Source: Ignavibacteriota bacterium (lineage in GTDB: Bacteria > Bacteroidota > Ignavibacteria > UBA10030). Taken from it: a stretch of DNA of 64,000 nt. The DNA lies in NCBI GenBank assembly GCA_963769605.1, contig CAVYML010000004.1, forward strand, positions 107,312 to 171,311. The letters are read 5' to 3'. Shown here piece by piece: positions 27,873 to 36,123 of the stretch. Made by a program: the position numbers and the translations under genes. Position 1 is the stretch's first letter. Each line of letters begins with the position of its first letter. The notes beneath the pieces were generated by a model. That model saw nothing but the letters and a program-made list of their open reading frames with translations. It did not search any database and was not told the DNA's origin.

Positions 27873-29414
27873 ATGTTTTCAAAGATACAAAGTGCATCCA
27901 CCTTCGGTGTTCACGCCACTCAAGTTCAAGTAGAAACCCAGCTCGATCAGGGGCTGCCGAGATTTTTTATCGTGGGTCTGCCCGACAATGCTGTCAAAGA
28001 AAGCATGCATCGCGTTATTGCCGCTGTAAAGAATTCCGGTTTTAAATTTCCCAATAGACGCGTCACCATAAATCTCGCGCCGGCGGACGAAAAGAAAGAA
28101 GGATCGGCATACGATTTACCCATTGCGCTGGGAATACTTTTTTCCTCGGAGCAAATAAAATCTGCTGTCATGCAGGATTTCATCATTCTCGGAGAATTAG
28201 CCTTAGACGGCTCACTTCGTCCCGTCCATGGTTCATTAGTGATTGCATGTGAAGCAAAAAAATACGGAATACGAAAAATGATCGTCCCGGAAGAGAACGC
28301 TGCTGAAGCCGCAATGGTCGAGGGCGTTGAAGTTTATCCTGTACGAACATTGCGGGAATGCATAGACCTGCTTTCAGGCGAACATTCCATGCTCAGTCCG
28401 ATGAAGGTCAATTTAAAAGAAGTTTTCGAAAAAGAGCAAAGGTTCGCAACCGATTTTTCCGATGTCAAAGGGCAGGAAAGCGTTAAAAGAGCGCTGGAAG
28501 TTGCGGCTGCCGGAGGGCATAATGCATTGCTCATAGGTCCTCCCGGTTCCGGAAAAACTATGCTGGCAAAACGTCTTCCGAGTATTTTGCCTCCCATGAC
28601 GTTTGATGAGGCGCTGGAAACGACAAAGATACATTCCGTTGCAGGCATGCTGCCGCCGAATACTGCGCTTGTCGCAACGCGACCGTTCCGCTCTCCGCAT
28701 CATACTATTTCTGATTCCGCACTTGTTGGAGGCGGATCGATCCCGCGGCCGGGAGAAATATCGCTGGCGCATCATGGAGTCTTATTTCTTGACGAACTGC
28801 CTGAATTTGCGAGAAATGTTCTGGAGGTCATGCGTCAGCCGCTGGAGGACAGTAAGGTTACCGTCAGCAGGTCTAAAATGTCGATTGATTTTCCCGCGAA
28901 CTTCATGCTTGTATGCGCCATGAATCCATGTCCCTGCGGCAATTACGGCAATCCAAATCAGGAATGCACATGCAATATGAACCAGATACAAAAATATGTC
29001 GGCAAGATATCGGGACCGTTGTTGGACAGGATAGACATACATGTGGAAGTTCCCGCGGTAAAATACAATGAACTGGCATCGAAGAGGGAAGGTGAAACAT
29101 CGGAACAAATACGCCGCCGGGTTATCGAAGCAAGAGAAGTGCAATCCAGGCGATTTAAAGATATGCCGGGAATGTACAGCAATGCGGATATGCAGTCCAA
29201 CGATATAAAACAATTTTGCCGCATAGATTCCACAGGAGCGGAATTACTGAAAATGGCAATGGATAAATTAGGATTTTCTGCCCGTGCGTACGATCGGATA
29301 TTAAAAGTCAGCAGAACCATAGCCGATCTTGCCGGAAGCGAAAACATCCGTCCGGAGCACTTGAGCGAAGCCATACAATACAGAAGTCTCGATAGAAATT
29401 TTTATGTGATATAA
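27873..29414 (+). CDS. yifB: YifB/ComM-family Mg-chelatase-like AAA+ ATPase
   Basis: 513 aa with an N-terminal Lon-protease-like domain, Walker [20 protein letters not shown] and the zinc-ribbon-like [15 protein letters not shown]. Confidence 0.88.
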   Translation: MFSKIQSASTFGVHATQVQVETQLDQGLPRFFIVGLPDNAVKESMHRVIAAVKNSGFKFPNRRVTINLAPADEKKEGSAYDLPIALGILFSSEQIKSAVMQDFIILGELALDGSLRPVHGSLVIACEAKKYGIRKMIVPEENAAEAAMVEGVEVYPVRTLRECIDLLSGEHSMLSPMKVNLKEVFEKEQRFATDFSDVKGQESVKRALEVAAAGGHNALLIGPPGSGKTMLAKRLPSILPPMTFDEALETTKIHSVAGMLPPNTALVATRPFRSPHHTISDSALVGGGSIPRPGEISLAHHGVLFLDELPEFARNVLEVMRQPLEDSKVTVSRSKMSIDFPANFMLVCAMNPCPCGNYGNPNQECTCNMNQIQKYVGKISGPLLDRIDIHVEVPAVKYNELASKREGETSEQIRRRVIEAREVQSRRFKDMPGMYSNADMQSNDIKQFCRIDSTGAELLKMAMDKLGFSARAYDRILKVSRTIADLAGSENIRPEHLSEAIQYRSLDRNFYVI

Positions 29415-29423
29415 AAAGTGATT

Positions 29424-29555
29424 TGTAGCCGCGACAGCTGTCTCCGAGAATATTGCTAAATATTATCGGGAGGTCGTCTCGGATGATTATGATATCACAG
29501 CCCCGACACCACCCGCCTAATGCCTGCCGCAGCGGCAGGGCGGTGTCGGCTACAC
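29424..29555 (+). repeat. R1 palindromic element (29424-29482) plus R3 GC-rich hairpin module (29503-29555)
   Basis: tgtagccgcgacagctgtctccgagaatattgctaaatattatcgggaggtcgtctcgg, then ccgacaccacccgcc...ggcggtgtcgg. Confidence 0.85.
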
Positions 29556-29730
29556 TGGGGCGTTGCGGAAGGCCTTCATCTTCGATTTCGGCAAACTGGC
29601 GACATTCTTCATTATTTGATCGTTGCTGCTAAAATGCCTATATTTATTAATAATGGAACTGATCAGTGCGTTAAAAGTCTCTGCTAAACATTGGATCAGT
29701 GATATAAAGCAGACACAATATTATTATTTT

Positions 29731-30006
29731 ATGACAGAACAAAGCAAAGAAATAAAGCGGTTTATTAAAAACCACAGCAGTTTATTCTGGTATATAAAGG
29801 AAGATGCAAAGGAAAGCATAAGTATGGAGTTTTTGGTGGAAACCATATTAAATTATGGCGAGTTGAAGGATGTGAAAAAATTGCTGGCATTACTTGGAAC
29901 GAAAAGGACCGCTGAAATATTTTTCAAACAAACCCACAACAAGCGATGTAATTATTTTCCCAAAGTAAAATATTATTTTACTCTTTATTTTAATCGGCAT
30001 GCATAA
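29731..30006 (+). CDS. Small helical protein, putative antitoxin/partner of the downstream AbiEii-like nucleotidyltransferase (paralog of 32087-32470)
   Basis: Shares an N-terminal ..K.IFW.. segment and a helical G..K...LL core with the 32087 ORF. Overlaps the downstream gene by 8 nt. Start chosen at ATG 29731. Confidence 0.5.
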   Translation: MTEQSKEIKRFIKNHSSLFWYIKEDAKESISMEFLVETILNYGELKDVKKLLALLGTKRTAEIFFKQTHNKRCNYFPKVKYYFTLYFNRHA

Positions 30007-30619
30007 GGAAATATTGACTTCATCTCAAAATGAGTTGCTTCCTTTTGTGAAAATGTTCCGGAAGGATTTTTATTTAGTCGGCGGGACAGCTATCGCCTTG
30101 CAGATCGGACATCGCAGGTCGATTGATTTCGATCTATTCACAAATGCAGAATTTCTAAATATACAAAAAATAAAAGCCCGATATAAAGAAGCTCAGTTCC
30201 AGAGGAAACGGATTATCTACGAAGCATTCGATCAGCTCCATATAATGATCAATGACGTCAAAATTACTTTTTTCGCATTTCCATATCCTGTAAAGGCAAC
30301 AGTATCATTTGACTCTTTTTGTGTAATGCCTAACCTGTTGACACTTGCCGCGATGAAAGTTTATGCATTGGGGGGAAGAGCAAAGTGGAAAGATTACGTT
30401 GATCTATTCTATATTTTGAAATCTTATCACAGTCTTGATCAAGTATCCCGCAAGGCAGAAAAGGTTTTTCGGGAGATGTTTTCAGCCAAATTGCTCCTCC
30501 AGCAATTGTCATACTTTGAAGATATTGACTACTCAGAAGAAATTGAATTTATTAGACACGAAGTTCCCAAAGATGAAATTAAGAAATTCCTTATAAGTAT
30601 TGCAACAGAAAGAATCTGA
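29999..30619 (+). CDS. AbiEii/AbiGii-family nucleotidyltransferase toxin-like protein
   Basis: FYLVGGTAIALQIGHRRSIDFDLF is the G-x-n-D-x-D NTase signature typical of the AbiEii family. Confidence 0.65.
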   Translation: MHKEILTSSQNELLPFVKMFRKDFYLVGGTAIALQIGHRRSIDFDLFTNAEFLNIQKIKARYKEAQFQRKRIIYEAFDQLHIMINDVKITFFAFPYPVKATVSFDSFCVMPNLLTLAAMKVYALGGRAKWKDYVDLFYILKSYHSLDQVSRKAEKVFREMFSAKLLLQQLSYFEDIDYSEEIEFIRHEVPKDEIKKFLISIATERI

Positions 30620-30744
30620 TTTGATCTGATTGTGAAAGGAATTTATTTTGTTACGATGGGATATTATTCGGCTATATCCAACTCCAAATCAAAAACTATC
30701 TTAAATCACAATTCAGCATCTTCTTGATCTGCTGTCTAATATTT

Positions 30745-31075
30745 TGTATCCGCAACAACTTGTCCCGAAAATATTGTTAAATATTATCGGTAGGTCGTCA
30801 CAGAGAGCACCAATATGACTTTGTAGCCGCAACAGCTTCTCCCGAGAATATTGCTAAATATTATCGGGAGGTCGTCGCGGAAGGCACTGACACCACCCGC
30901 CTGAATGACTGTGTCAACAGTCGGGCAGGCCGATGTCGGATACAGAGGGCAATCGTGGGAGGACACTAACATAACCTTGTAGTCACGACGGTAATTGCCC
31001 ATCGAAAACATCCGCAACGAACCGTCGCGGCTACAGAAACGAACCAATTAAGAGTTCACAGTTCGCAGTCAAAGA
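30745..31075 (+). repeat. Repeat cluster: two tandem R1 elements (30745-30803, 30822-30880), an R3 module (30887-30945), an interrupted REP hairpin (about 30970-31038) and CAGTTCA heptamers
   Basis: Read directly. Its 3' part, gctacagaaacgaaccaattaagag, recurs at 35898-35922. Confidence 0.85.
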
Positions 31076-31141
31076 TTTTAGCCACATTGAACGTTTCCGC
31101 AAAAATATTTATATTTACATTAATATTTTATTTATTATCCG

Positions 31142-31582
31142 GTGGACAGCAAAGAGAAAATGGTTTTCACATATATACAAAAACGCGAGATAGAAGCTCG
31201 TCTTGTAGAGTTTGGAAAAAGTCATGAAGAGATTCTTGCATTGTATATCTTTGGCTCTTTTTTGACTTCCCGTGCACCTGAAGATATCGATATTGCTCTG
31301 CTTTTACACTCAGAACCCGACAACGATGTTTTCAAAACACGGGCAAGATTTTCTCAATCTCTCTTTGGATATACTGCAATAGATGATATCGATTTACTCT
31401 TTTTACAAACTGCAGATCCAATCATCCGAATGCAGGTGCTTCGACACGGGAAACTTCTTTTTTCACACGATGAACGATATCTTCAACAATTCATCATACA
31501 AACGCTCGGCGCTTACTATGACCTCAAGCAAATCAGAAAGCCGATAGAACAAGCTATTTTAAATGGGAGAATTTATGCTTGA
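31142..31582 (+). CDS. mntA: MntA-type minimal nucleotidyltransferase (type VII antitoxin)
   Basis: LYIFGSFLTSRAPEDIDIALLL is the GS-x-n-DxD motif. Overlaps the downstream HepT gene. Alternative ATG at 31160. Confidence 0.75.
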   Translation: MDSKEKMVFTYIQKREIEARLVEFGKSHEEILALYIFGSFLTSRAPEDIDIALLLHSEPDNDVFKTRARFSQSLFGYTAIDDIDLLFLQTADPIIRMQVLRHGKLLFSHDERYLQQFIIQTLGAYYDLKQIRKPIEQAILNGRIYA

Positions 31583-32003
31583 TACCGATGTCGTGTACGG
31601 AAAAGTTGACATTATCCAGCGCTGTTTACGGCGGATTAAAGACGTGACCGGATTAAATCCCACGTTATTGGAAGATATCGACAAGCAGGATATTTTTGTT
31701 CTAAATTTACAACGCGCTATACAGGCCGTCTTGGATCTTGCGGCTCATGTTATCGCTGCAGGCGGACTTGGATTGCCAAGAGATTTAAAAGAGCAATTTC
31801 ACATTCTCCATGCCAAGGGAATTATCACAGAAGATCTATCCCTGCATCTGGAACAAATGGCGGGATTCAGAAATATAGCCATGCATGAATACCAAATCAT
31901 CAATCTTGATATTTTGAAGAAAATACTTCAGGAACGTTTACCAGATCTGGAAGCATTCTATACGGTGATTATAACTTACTACCGATTGGACAAAGAAGGA
32001 TAA
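31563..32003 (+). CDS. hepT: HepT-type (DUF86) RNase toxin
   Basis: Carries the R-x4-H-x-Y motif (FRNIAMHEY). 146 aa. Paired with MntA. Confidence 0.78.
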   Translation: MGEFMLDTDVVYGKVDIIQRCLRRIKDVTGLNPTLLEDIDKQDIFVLNLQRAIQAVLDLAAHVIAAGGLGLPRDLKEQFHILHAKGIITEDLSLHLEQMAGFRNIAMHEYQIINLDILKKILQERLPDLEAFYTVIITYYRLDKEG

Positions 32004-32009
32004 GAACTA

Positions 32010-32078
32010 TTTACAGTTCACAGTTTACAGTTTACAGTTATCAGTTTACGGTTCACAGTTTACAGTTCACAGTTTACC
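32010..32078. repeat. Heptamer array CAGTT[CT]A, about 10 units
   Basis: cagttca cagttta cagttta cagttat cagttta cggttca cagttta cagttca cagttta, read directly. Confidence 0.9.
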
Positions 32079-32086
32079 GCTCTTAG

Positions 32087-32470
32087 ATGACCACTGAAGA
32101 AAAACAAAATACATTAAAAAAAATATTCTGGGATTACTCTTTTTCCGGACATGAACTGTATTCAATTCATGAAAAGAAAAAAGATACGGAATCTATTACG
32201 CAAGAAAAAATATTTATAAGAATGTTGGAACGACTCGGATGGCATGCTGTTCTCGATATTCTCGGGGTCGAAAAAGTAAAATTATTATTGAAAAAAGAAA
32301 CTATCGCCAATATACGCCAGAAAGAATTGCGTGAACGGTATGAATTCATACAAAAAATATTATTCGAAGAAACTGTATTCTTTACAGGATGGGGTGATGA
32401 GTATTATCAAAGAATTAAACACACCCTTTTTTCTAACCGGTGGTACTGCTCTAAGCAGGCATTACTTTAA
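32087..32470 (+). CDS. Small helical protein, putative partner of the AbiEii-like NTase (paralog of 29731-30006)
   Basis: LKKIFWDYSF... resembles the 29731 ORF. The 3' end overlaps the NTase ORF by about 140 nt, so the true stop is uncertain. Confidence 0.45.
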   Translation: MTTEEKQNTLKKIFWDYSFSGHELYSIHEKKKDTESITQEKIFIRMLERLGWHAVLDILGVEKVKLLLKKETIANIRQKELRERYEFIQKILFEETVFFTGWGDEYYQRIKHTLFSNRWYCSKQALL

Positions 32471-33049
32471 CCACCGCTACTCAGATGATCTTGATCTCTT
32501 CGTTATCTCTGATCCGGAATTTCAGGATTGGATTGAAAGAGTGTTGGAGGGTTTATATGAAGCCGAAAATGGAACGAATTCGTGATGGAACGACAGACGA
32601 TAAGAAGATTAAAAGATTTTGTTCAAATATTTGTACATTTGCCTGAAGAACAAACAAACAGCTTGAAAATTGATTTTGTGAATGATGTTGCCGCGCATTA
32701 TGGTTCTTTTGAAGAGCATGAGCGTCTTGGAAGAATCGATAGCTGGAGGAATATTTTATCGAATAACATAAGCGCGTTGTTCCGTTTTGAACCGAAAGAT
32801 ATTGTCGATATCTGGATGCTGTCAAAGAAGAGAGCATTCCAATGGCAAACGATTCTTGAAGAAGCAAAAAGCAAAGAAGCCGGTGTTAAGCCGGAAATTA
32901 TCTATAATATTCTAAGGTCTTTTCCTGGCGAAAAATTAGATAGCATTCGATGGATCCGGAAACCGGAGTATGTCAGAGTAAAAAGCGACATAGAAACGAT
33001 TGCTGACGATCTTTTCTATGGAAGAGAAAATTCGTTGGTAGAAAAATAA
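32331..33049 (+). pseudogene. AbiEii-like nucleotidyltransferase, disrupted (ORFs 32331-32585 frame 3 and 32582-33049 frame 2)
   Basis: The N-terminal part has FFLTGGTALSRHYFNHRYSDDLDLF. The rest of the domain continues in another frame. The frames overlap only at 32561-32585. Confidence 0.65.
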
Positions 33050-33176
33050 TTGTAGTCCCATGAGATTTATGACGTCACCCTGCCCGACATGTTTCACCTT
33101 GTGGCAGTCGGTGTCAACTACAATACCAAACAATGAACCGCCGCATTTCCGCACCGCTGCACGGCAACACCTTTAA

Positions 33177-33216
33177 CTATTTACCATTCACCATTCTATT
33201 CACTGATTTACAATCA
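33177..33216. repeat. Degenerate CCATTCA-type heptamers
   Basis: aactatt taccatt caccatt ctattca ctgattt, read directly. Confidence 0.6.
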
Positions 33217-33389
33217 TCGATTGGATTGTTTTTTGGCGAGATAGGTCAAAAGGACCAGATGCCTGGAATTTTTTTGACTTTTTTGTGAATCTCACGACAA
33301 AAAAGAGTACCTTTACCATGTAAATAGTAATTGATTCGATTTAAAATTCCGAGCGTATGCACAACCTACCAACGGAATTAATTTTTTAT

Positions 33390-33599
33390 ATGAAAAAGAC
33401 AATAAGAATCATAAAACAATCTGACGAACCGGCAGCGGATGCGGAGTATTGGAGAAGCAAGACTTCCGATGAGCGCATAAGCACGGTGCAGATTTTGCGA
33501 GAGCAATATATTACGCTGTTCCATAAGGAACGAGAGTATCGTGAAAGTAGAAAAGGATTACGAAGATTTTATTCGGTTGTTAAACTCTCAGAGCGTTGA
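33390..33599 (+). CDS. Small protein upstream of an NTase-fold gene (putative antitoxin/partner)
   Basis: About 69 aa from ATG 33390. Overlaps the downstream gene. Its position is analogous to 35228-35458. Confidence 0.4.
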   Translation: MKKTIRIIKQSDEPAADAEYWRSKTSDERISTVQILREQYITLFHKEREYRESRKGLRRFYSVVKLSER

Positions 33600-34014
33600 G
33601 TACCTGCTTGTCGGAGCGTATGCGGTGGCACACTATGCCGAACCGCGCAATACGGGCGATATAGATTTCTTGATAAATCCGACAAATAAAAATGCGAAAA
33701 AGGTGCTGGCTGTACTGAAGAAATTCGGTTTTGAGAAGCTCGATATTTCAGAGAATGATCTTCTCAATCCTGATATGGTGATTCAATTGGGATTTCCCCC
33801 CGTACGAATAGATTTGATCACTTCATTGGGTACGGCGAACTTCAAAGACATGTACAAAAAGAAATCAATGATCAGAATGGGAAAAGAAAACACAAACGTT
33901 ATATCATACGAACATCTTATTACTTCGAAGAAAGCAGCAGGACGGCCAAAAGACAAATCCGATCTGGCGGCGCTCAAAAGATCGAGAGGAATACATTCAA
34001 AAGCTGTGAGGTAG
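33541..34014 (+). CDS. Nucleotidyltransferase-fold protein of uncharacterised family
   Basis: LLVGAYAVAHYAEPRNTGDIDFLI is a G-x12-DxD signature. C-terminal ...GRPKDKSDLAAL. GTG start. Confidence 0.5.
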   Translation: MKVEKDYEDFIRLLNSQSVEYLLVGAYAVAHYAEPRNTGDIDFLINPTNKNAKKVLAVLKKFGFEKLDISENDLLNPDMVIQLGFPPVRIDLITSLGTANFKDMYKKKSMIRMGKENTNVISYEHLITSKKAAGRPKDKSDLAALKRSRGIHSKAVR

Positions 34015-34078
34015 GATAAGTCGATAGAAGGAATCATAATAATGAACTGAACATTGAACGTCGAACGGCAACACTGCA

Positions 34079-34113
34079 GCCTGCCCGATTGTTCACACAG
34101 TCATTCAGGCGGG
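34079..34113 (-). repeat. R3 module, reverse orientation
   Basis: gcctgcccgattgttcacacagtcattcaggcggg is a near-exact reverse complement of 30897-30931. Confidence 0.8.
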
Positions 34114-34126
34114 CACCTTTAACCAC

Positions 34127-34300
34127 GCACTAAGAACTTCATTCATCCGCAATAAACTGTTTTTTAATTGGCAATTGACAATTTGCAATTCGCGATTTCC
34201 CCACCGTTCACCATTTACTGTCTACAATTTTTCAATTCGCAATTTTCTCCTCCATTCACTATCCACTGATTTATAAACCTCCGCACCTCAGCACTGCAGC
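34127..34300. repeat. Mosaic of degenerate heptamers (CAATTG[AC], CCATTTA, CCATTCA types)
   Basis: aattggcaattgacaatttgcaattcgcgatttcc ... gttcaccatttactg ... ttcaattcgcaatttt ... ccattcactatccactg. Confidence 0.65.
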
Positions 34301-34352
34301 ACGTTGCGTCGTTGAACCTTATTCCATTCACACCTTGCAATTTTTGAACATT

Positions 34353-34376
34353 TAGTATATATTAAATAGTATATAT
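34353..34376 (+). promoter_or_regulatory. Direct repeat TAGTATATAT x2 (14-bp spacing), putative vapBC operator/promoter
   Basis: Copies at 34353-34362 and 34367-34376, ending 12 nt before the vapB ATG. ttgcaa at 34336 is -35-like. Confidence 0.4.
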
Positions 34377-34388
34377 AAATAGGATACT

Positions 34389-34619
34389 ATGCAAACCGTA
34401 AAAATTATTAAAAATGGCGGCAGCCAGGCTATCCGGTTACCTCGATTATACCGGATTAAAGGGAAAGAAGCGTATGTCAAAAGGGTGCCGGAAGGGATTT
34501 TAGTGATAGAAAAAAATGATCTCTGGACAGCGTTTGAAAAGTGCCTGGAAGATTTTCCTCCGGATTTTCTCAAAAAAAGAAGAAAGCCTATAAATCACAA
34601 AAGACGGATTTTTGAATGA
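34389..34619 (+). CDS. vapB: AbrB/SpoVT-fold antitoxin VapB
   Basis: MQTVKIIKNGGSQAIRLP is the swapped-hairpin AbrB motif. 4-nt overlap with vapC. Confidence 0.8.
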   Translation: MQTVKIIKNGGSQAIRLPRLYRIKGKEAYVKRVPEGILVIEKNDLWTAFEKCLEDFPPDFLKKRRKPINHKRRIFE

Positions 34620-35014
34620 TATATTTGCTCGATACTGATATTTGCTCATATATCATTCGCAAACGACCCCGAAACCTTATTGATAAGTTTAAAAGTATTC
34701 CTCTTGGGGAAATTGGACTTTCTGTAGTGACAATATGTGAATTTGAATCGGGAATTCCAGGCAGTTCTCATCCGGAGAAGCTAAGGTCAGCAATCAATGC
34801 ATTTCTATCACCATTTAGTATTATTGACTTCCAACAAACCAACGCTGTTTCATTCGGAATTATTGATTCCTACCTGCACGCTAAAGGAACACAGATTGGG
34901 GATATGGATACAATGATTGCTTCCCAAGCTCTTTCCCGTGGACTAATATTAGTGACCAATAATATTAAGCATTATTCGCGAGTACCCCATTTAAAATATG
35001 AATCGTGGAAATAA
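34616..35014 (+). CDS. vapC: PIN-domain toxin VapC
   Basis: MIYLLDTDICSYI (first acidic PIN residue), later GDMDTMIASQAL and LVTNN. Confidence 0.85.
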   Translation: MIYLLDTDICSYIIRKRPRNLIDKFKSIPLGEIGLSVVTICEFESGIPGSSHPEKLRSAINAFLSPFSIIDFQQTNAVSFGIIDSYLHAKGTQIGDMDTMIASQALSRGLILVTNNIKHYSRVPHLKYESWK

Positions 35015-35048
35015 ACAGTTGTCAGTTCACAGATATCAAGATAACCTT

Positions 35049-35192
35049 GTAGCCGCAACGGTTCGTCGCGGAAGGGATGACTGAATATTGAACCTCGAAC
35101 GGCAGCACTTCCGCACTTTATCAGAGCCATTCACCATTCACCATTCAATTTACCATTTACAGTTCACAGTTTTTAACCACATTGAACGTTTC
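35049..35192. repeat. REP hairpin (35049-35071), TGAAC-type units, CCATTCA/CAGTTCA heptamers and the shared CCACATTGAACGTTTC box (35177-35192)
   Basis: Read directly. The 16-nt box also occurs at 31082-31097, upstream of mntA. Confidence 0.8.
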
Positions 35193-35227
35193 TACGAAAT
35201 TGCATATATTCCTATCAATATCAATCT

Positions 35228-35458
35228 ATGGTCAGGCAAACAGAAGAGACCGCAGAGGAAATGGAAACACAAACGGATCAATACCAAAGAGAAGTCTACC
35301 GCGCTATGACGCCGCAGCAGAAATATGAAGTGATGCAATCACTTATCGATTCGGCACGGACAATGAAATACGCCTATTTCCGCTCGATACATTCTGATTG
35401 GACTGACCAACAAATACAACAAGCATTGTGCGAATGGTTTCTGTATGCCCGCTCTTGA
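35228..35458 (+). CDS. Small protein upstream of an NTase-fold gene (putative antitoxin/partner)
   Basis: 76 aa, acidic N-terminus. Overlaps the downstream ORF by 14 nt. Confidence 0.4.
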   Translation: MVRQTEETAEEMETQTDQYQREVYRAMTPQQKYEVMQSLIDSARTMKYAYFRSIHSDWTDQQIQQALCEWFLYARS

Positions 35459-35786
35459 TCTTATTTCAATCTTTATCATTCCGCTTAATTGCACAGGAAT
35501 AGATTATATGGTAACCGGGTCAGTTGCACCGATGTTGTATGGCGAGCCGCGCATGACGCACGATATCGATTTGATCGTGGATCTGCATACGGAGCGTATT
35601 CCAGCTCTGCTGAATGCTTTTCCGGAAACAGAATACTATCGTCCGCCGGAGGAAATTATCGGCGTCGAAATTGCCAGAGTGCAGCGAGGGCATTTCATTA
35701 TTATTCATCATGCAACAGTATACAAAGCGGATGTTTCCCGAGGTCATCCGCGACCACCGGTCGCGGCTACAGAAAGATGGTCGTAA
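35445..35786 (+). pseudogene. NTase-fold protein, C-terminally truncated by a REP element
   Basis: YMVTGSVAPMLYGEPRMTHDIDLIV signature. From about 35745 the ORF reads through ccgcgaccaccggtcgcggctac, giving the nonsense tail RGHPRPPVAATERWS. Confidence 0.5.
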
Positions 35787-35935
35787 GCGCCCCTATGTTA
35801 TCCGCAACAGGCTTGTCCCGAGAATATTGCCAATTATTATAGGGAGGTTGTCGCGGAAAGACACCGACATAACCTTGTAGCCGCAACGGGTCGTCGCGGC
35901 TACAGAAACAAACCAATTAAGAGGTCATAGTTTAC
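35748..35935 (+). repeat. Repeat cluster: REP (35748-35770), R1 (35796-35856), REP (35877-35903) and the conserved tail gctacagaaacaaaccaattaagag
   Basis: Read directly. It marks the distal edge of the TA array. Confidence 0.85.
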
Positions 35936-36123
35936 AATTCTCAGTTCCGACTAAGCACCATCTTTTATCCTTGAATTTTTCTCAAAAAATTGCTAACTTA
36001 TTATGATTATTTTGATAATATTGTTGGAATATCGTTCTATCATATATTTTGACTCAACTAAGCAGACGCAGGGTTGAAAATATTCGATTTTCTTAAATAG
36101 GGCACAATTAGAAAGTGATTACC

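Noticed and set aside
29416-35935. The TA island as a classical integron cassette array with attC sites
   Set aside because: No intI-type tyrosine recombinase or attI is in the window. I could not find RYYYAAC / GTTRRRY core sites at the ends of the palindromes. It is kept only as a testable analogy in the findings.
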